The notes beneath the pieces were generated by a model. That model saw nothing but the letters and a program-made list of their open reading frames with translations. It was not told the origin of the DNA and did not search any database. A program made the translations under genes and the position numbers. Below, piece after piece: positions 63,828 through 64,000 of a stretch of 64,000 nt of DNA. The stretch is from Octopus bimaculoides (taxonomy: Eukaryota), in the NCBI RefSeq assembly GCF_001194135.2, contig NC_068993.1, forward strand, positions 16,979,548-17,043,547, in the 5' to 3' direction. Every line of letters begins with the position of its first letter. Position 1 is the first letter of the stretch.

Positions 63828-64000
63828 AAACAGAAAGCATGTGTTTGTTAATTGTGTTTTCCTAATTCAAATATGTTTTTCAACGTATTTATCATAATTA
63901 AGTTACATATAGCTAATTAGAATAAAATAGATAATTGGATTTGTTCCCCATTTATCTCTCTATAACTTTTCATGTTTGCTCACGTAAGTGAAACTGTTCC

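Overview
AT-rich, microsatellite- and transposon-dense eukaryotic DNA with many N-gaps, mostly flanked by (TA)n/(CA)n tracts. The SINE repertoire looks like an octopus (cephalopod) genome; this is inferred from recognising the repeat families, not from a search. No complete, recognisable host gene is present, and most ORFs in the supplied track are microsatellite or gap artefacts. Well-supported content is mobile DNA: several tRNA-derived or RTE-tailed SINE families (called A, B, C, E and F here), including head-to-tail arrays; a Penelope-like GIY-YIG fragment and Penelope-type terminal repeats; two RTE-clade LINE 3' ends; an L1/Tx1 ORF2 3' end; a decayed Tc1-like transposase with DD36E spacing; three hAT MITEs with 8-bp TSDs; two copies of a mariner MITE; two piggyBac-like MITEs; a Tigger end; and a DINE-1/HINE-like end. 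A CpG-retaining domain of about 19 kb (about 11.1-30.4 kb) lies between CpG-depleted flanks. It holds a promoter-like ETS/ETS/CRE cluster and several candidate exons. All exon calls are low-confidence because splice-like signals arise readily by chance in such AT-rich DNA.
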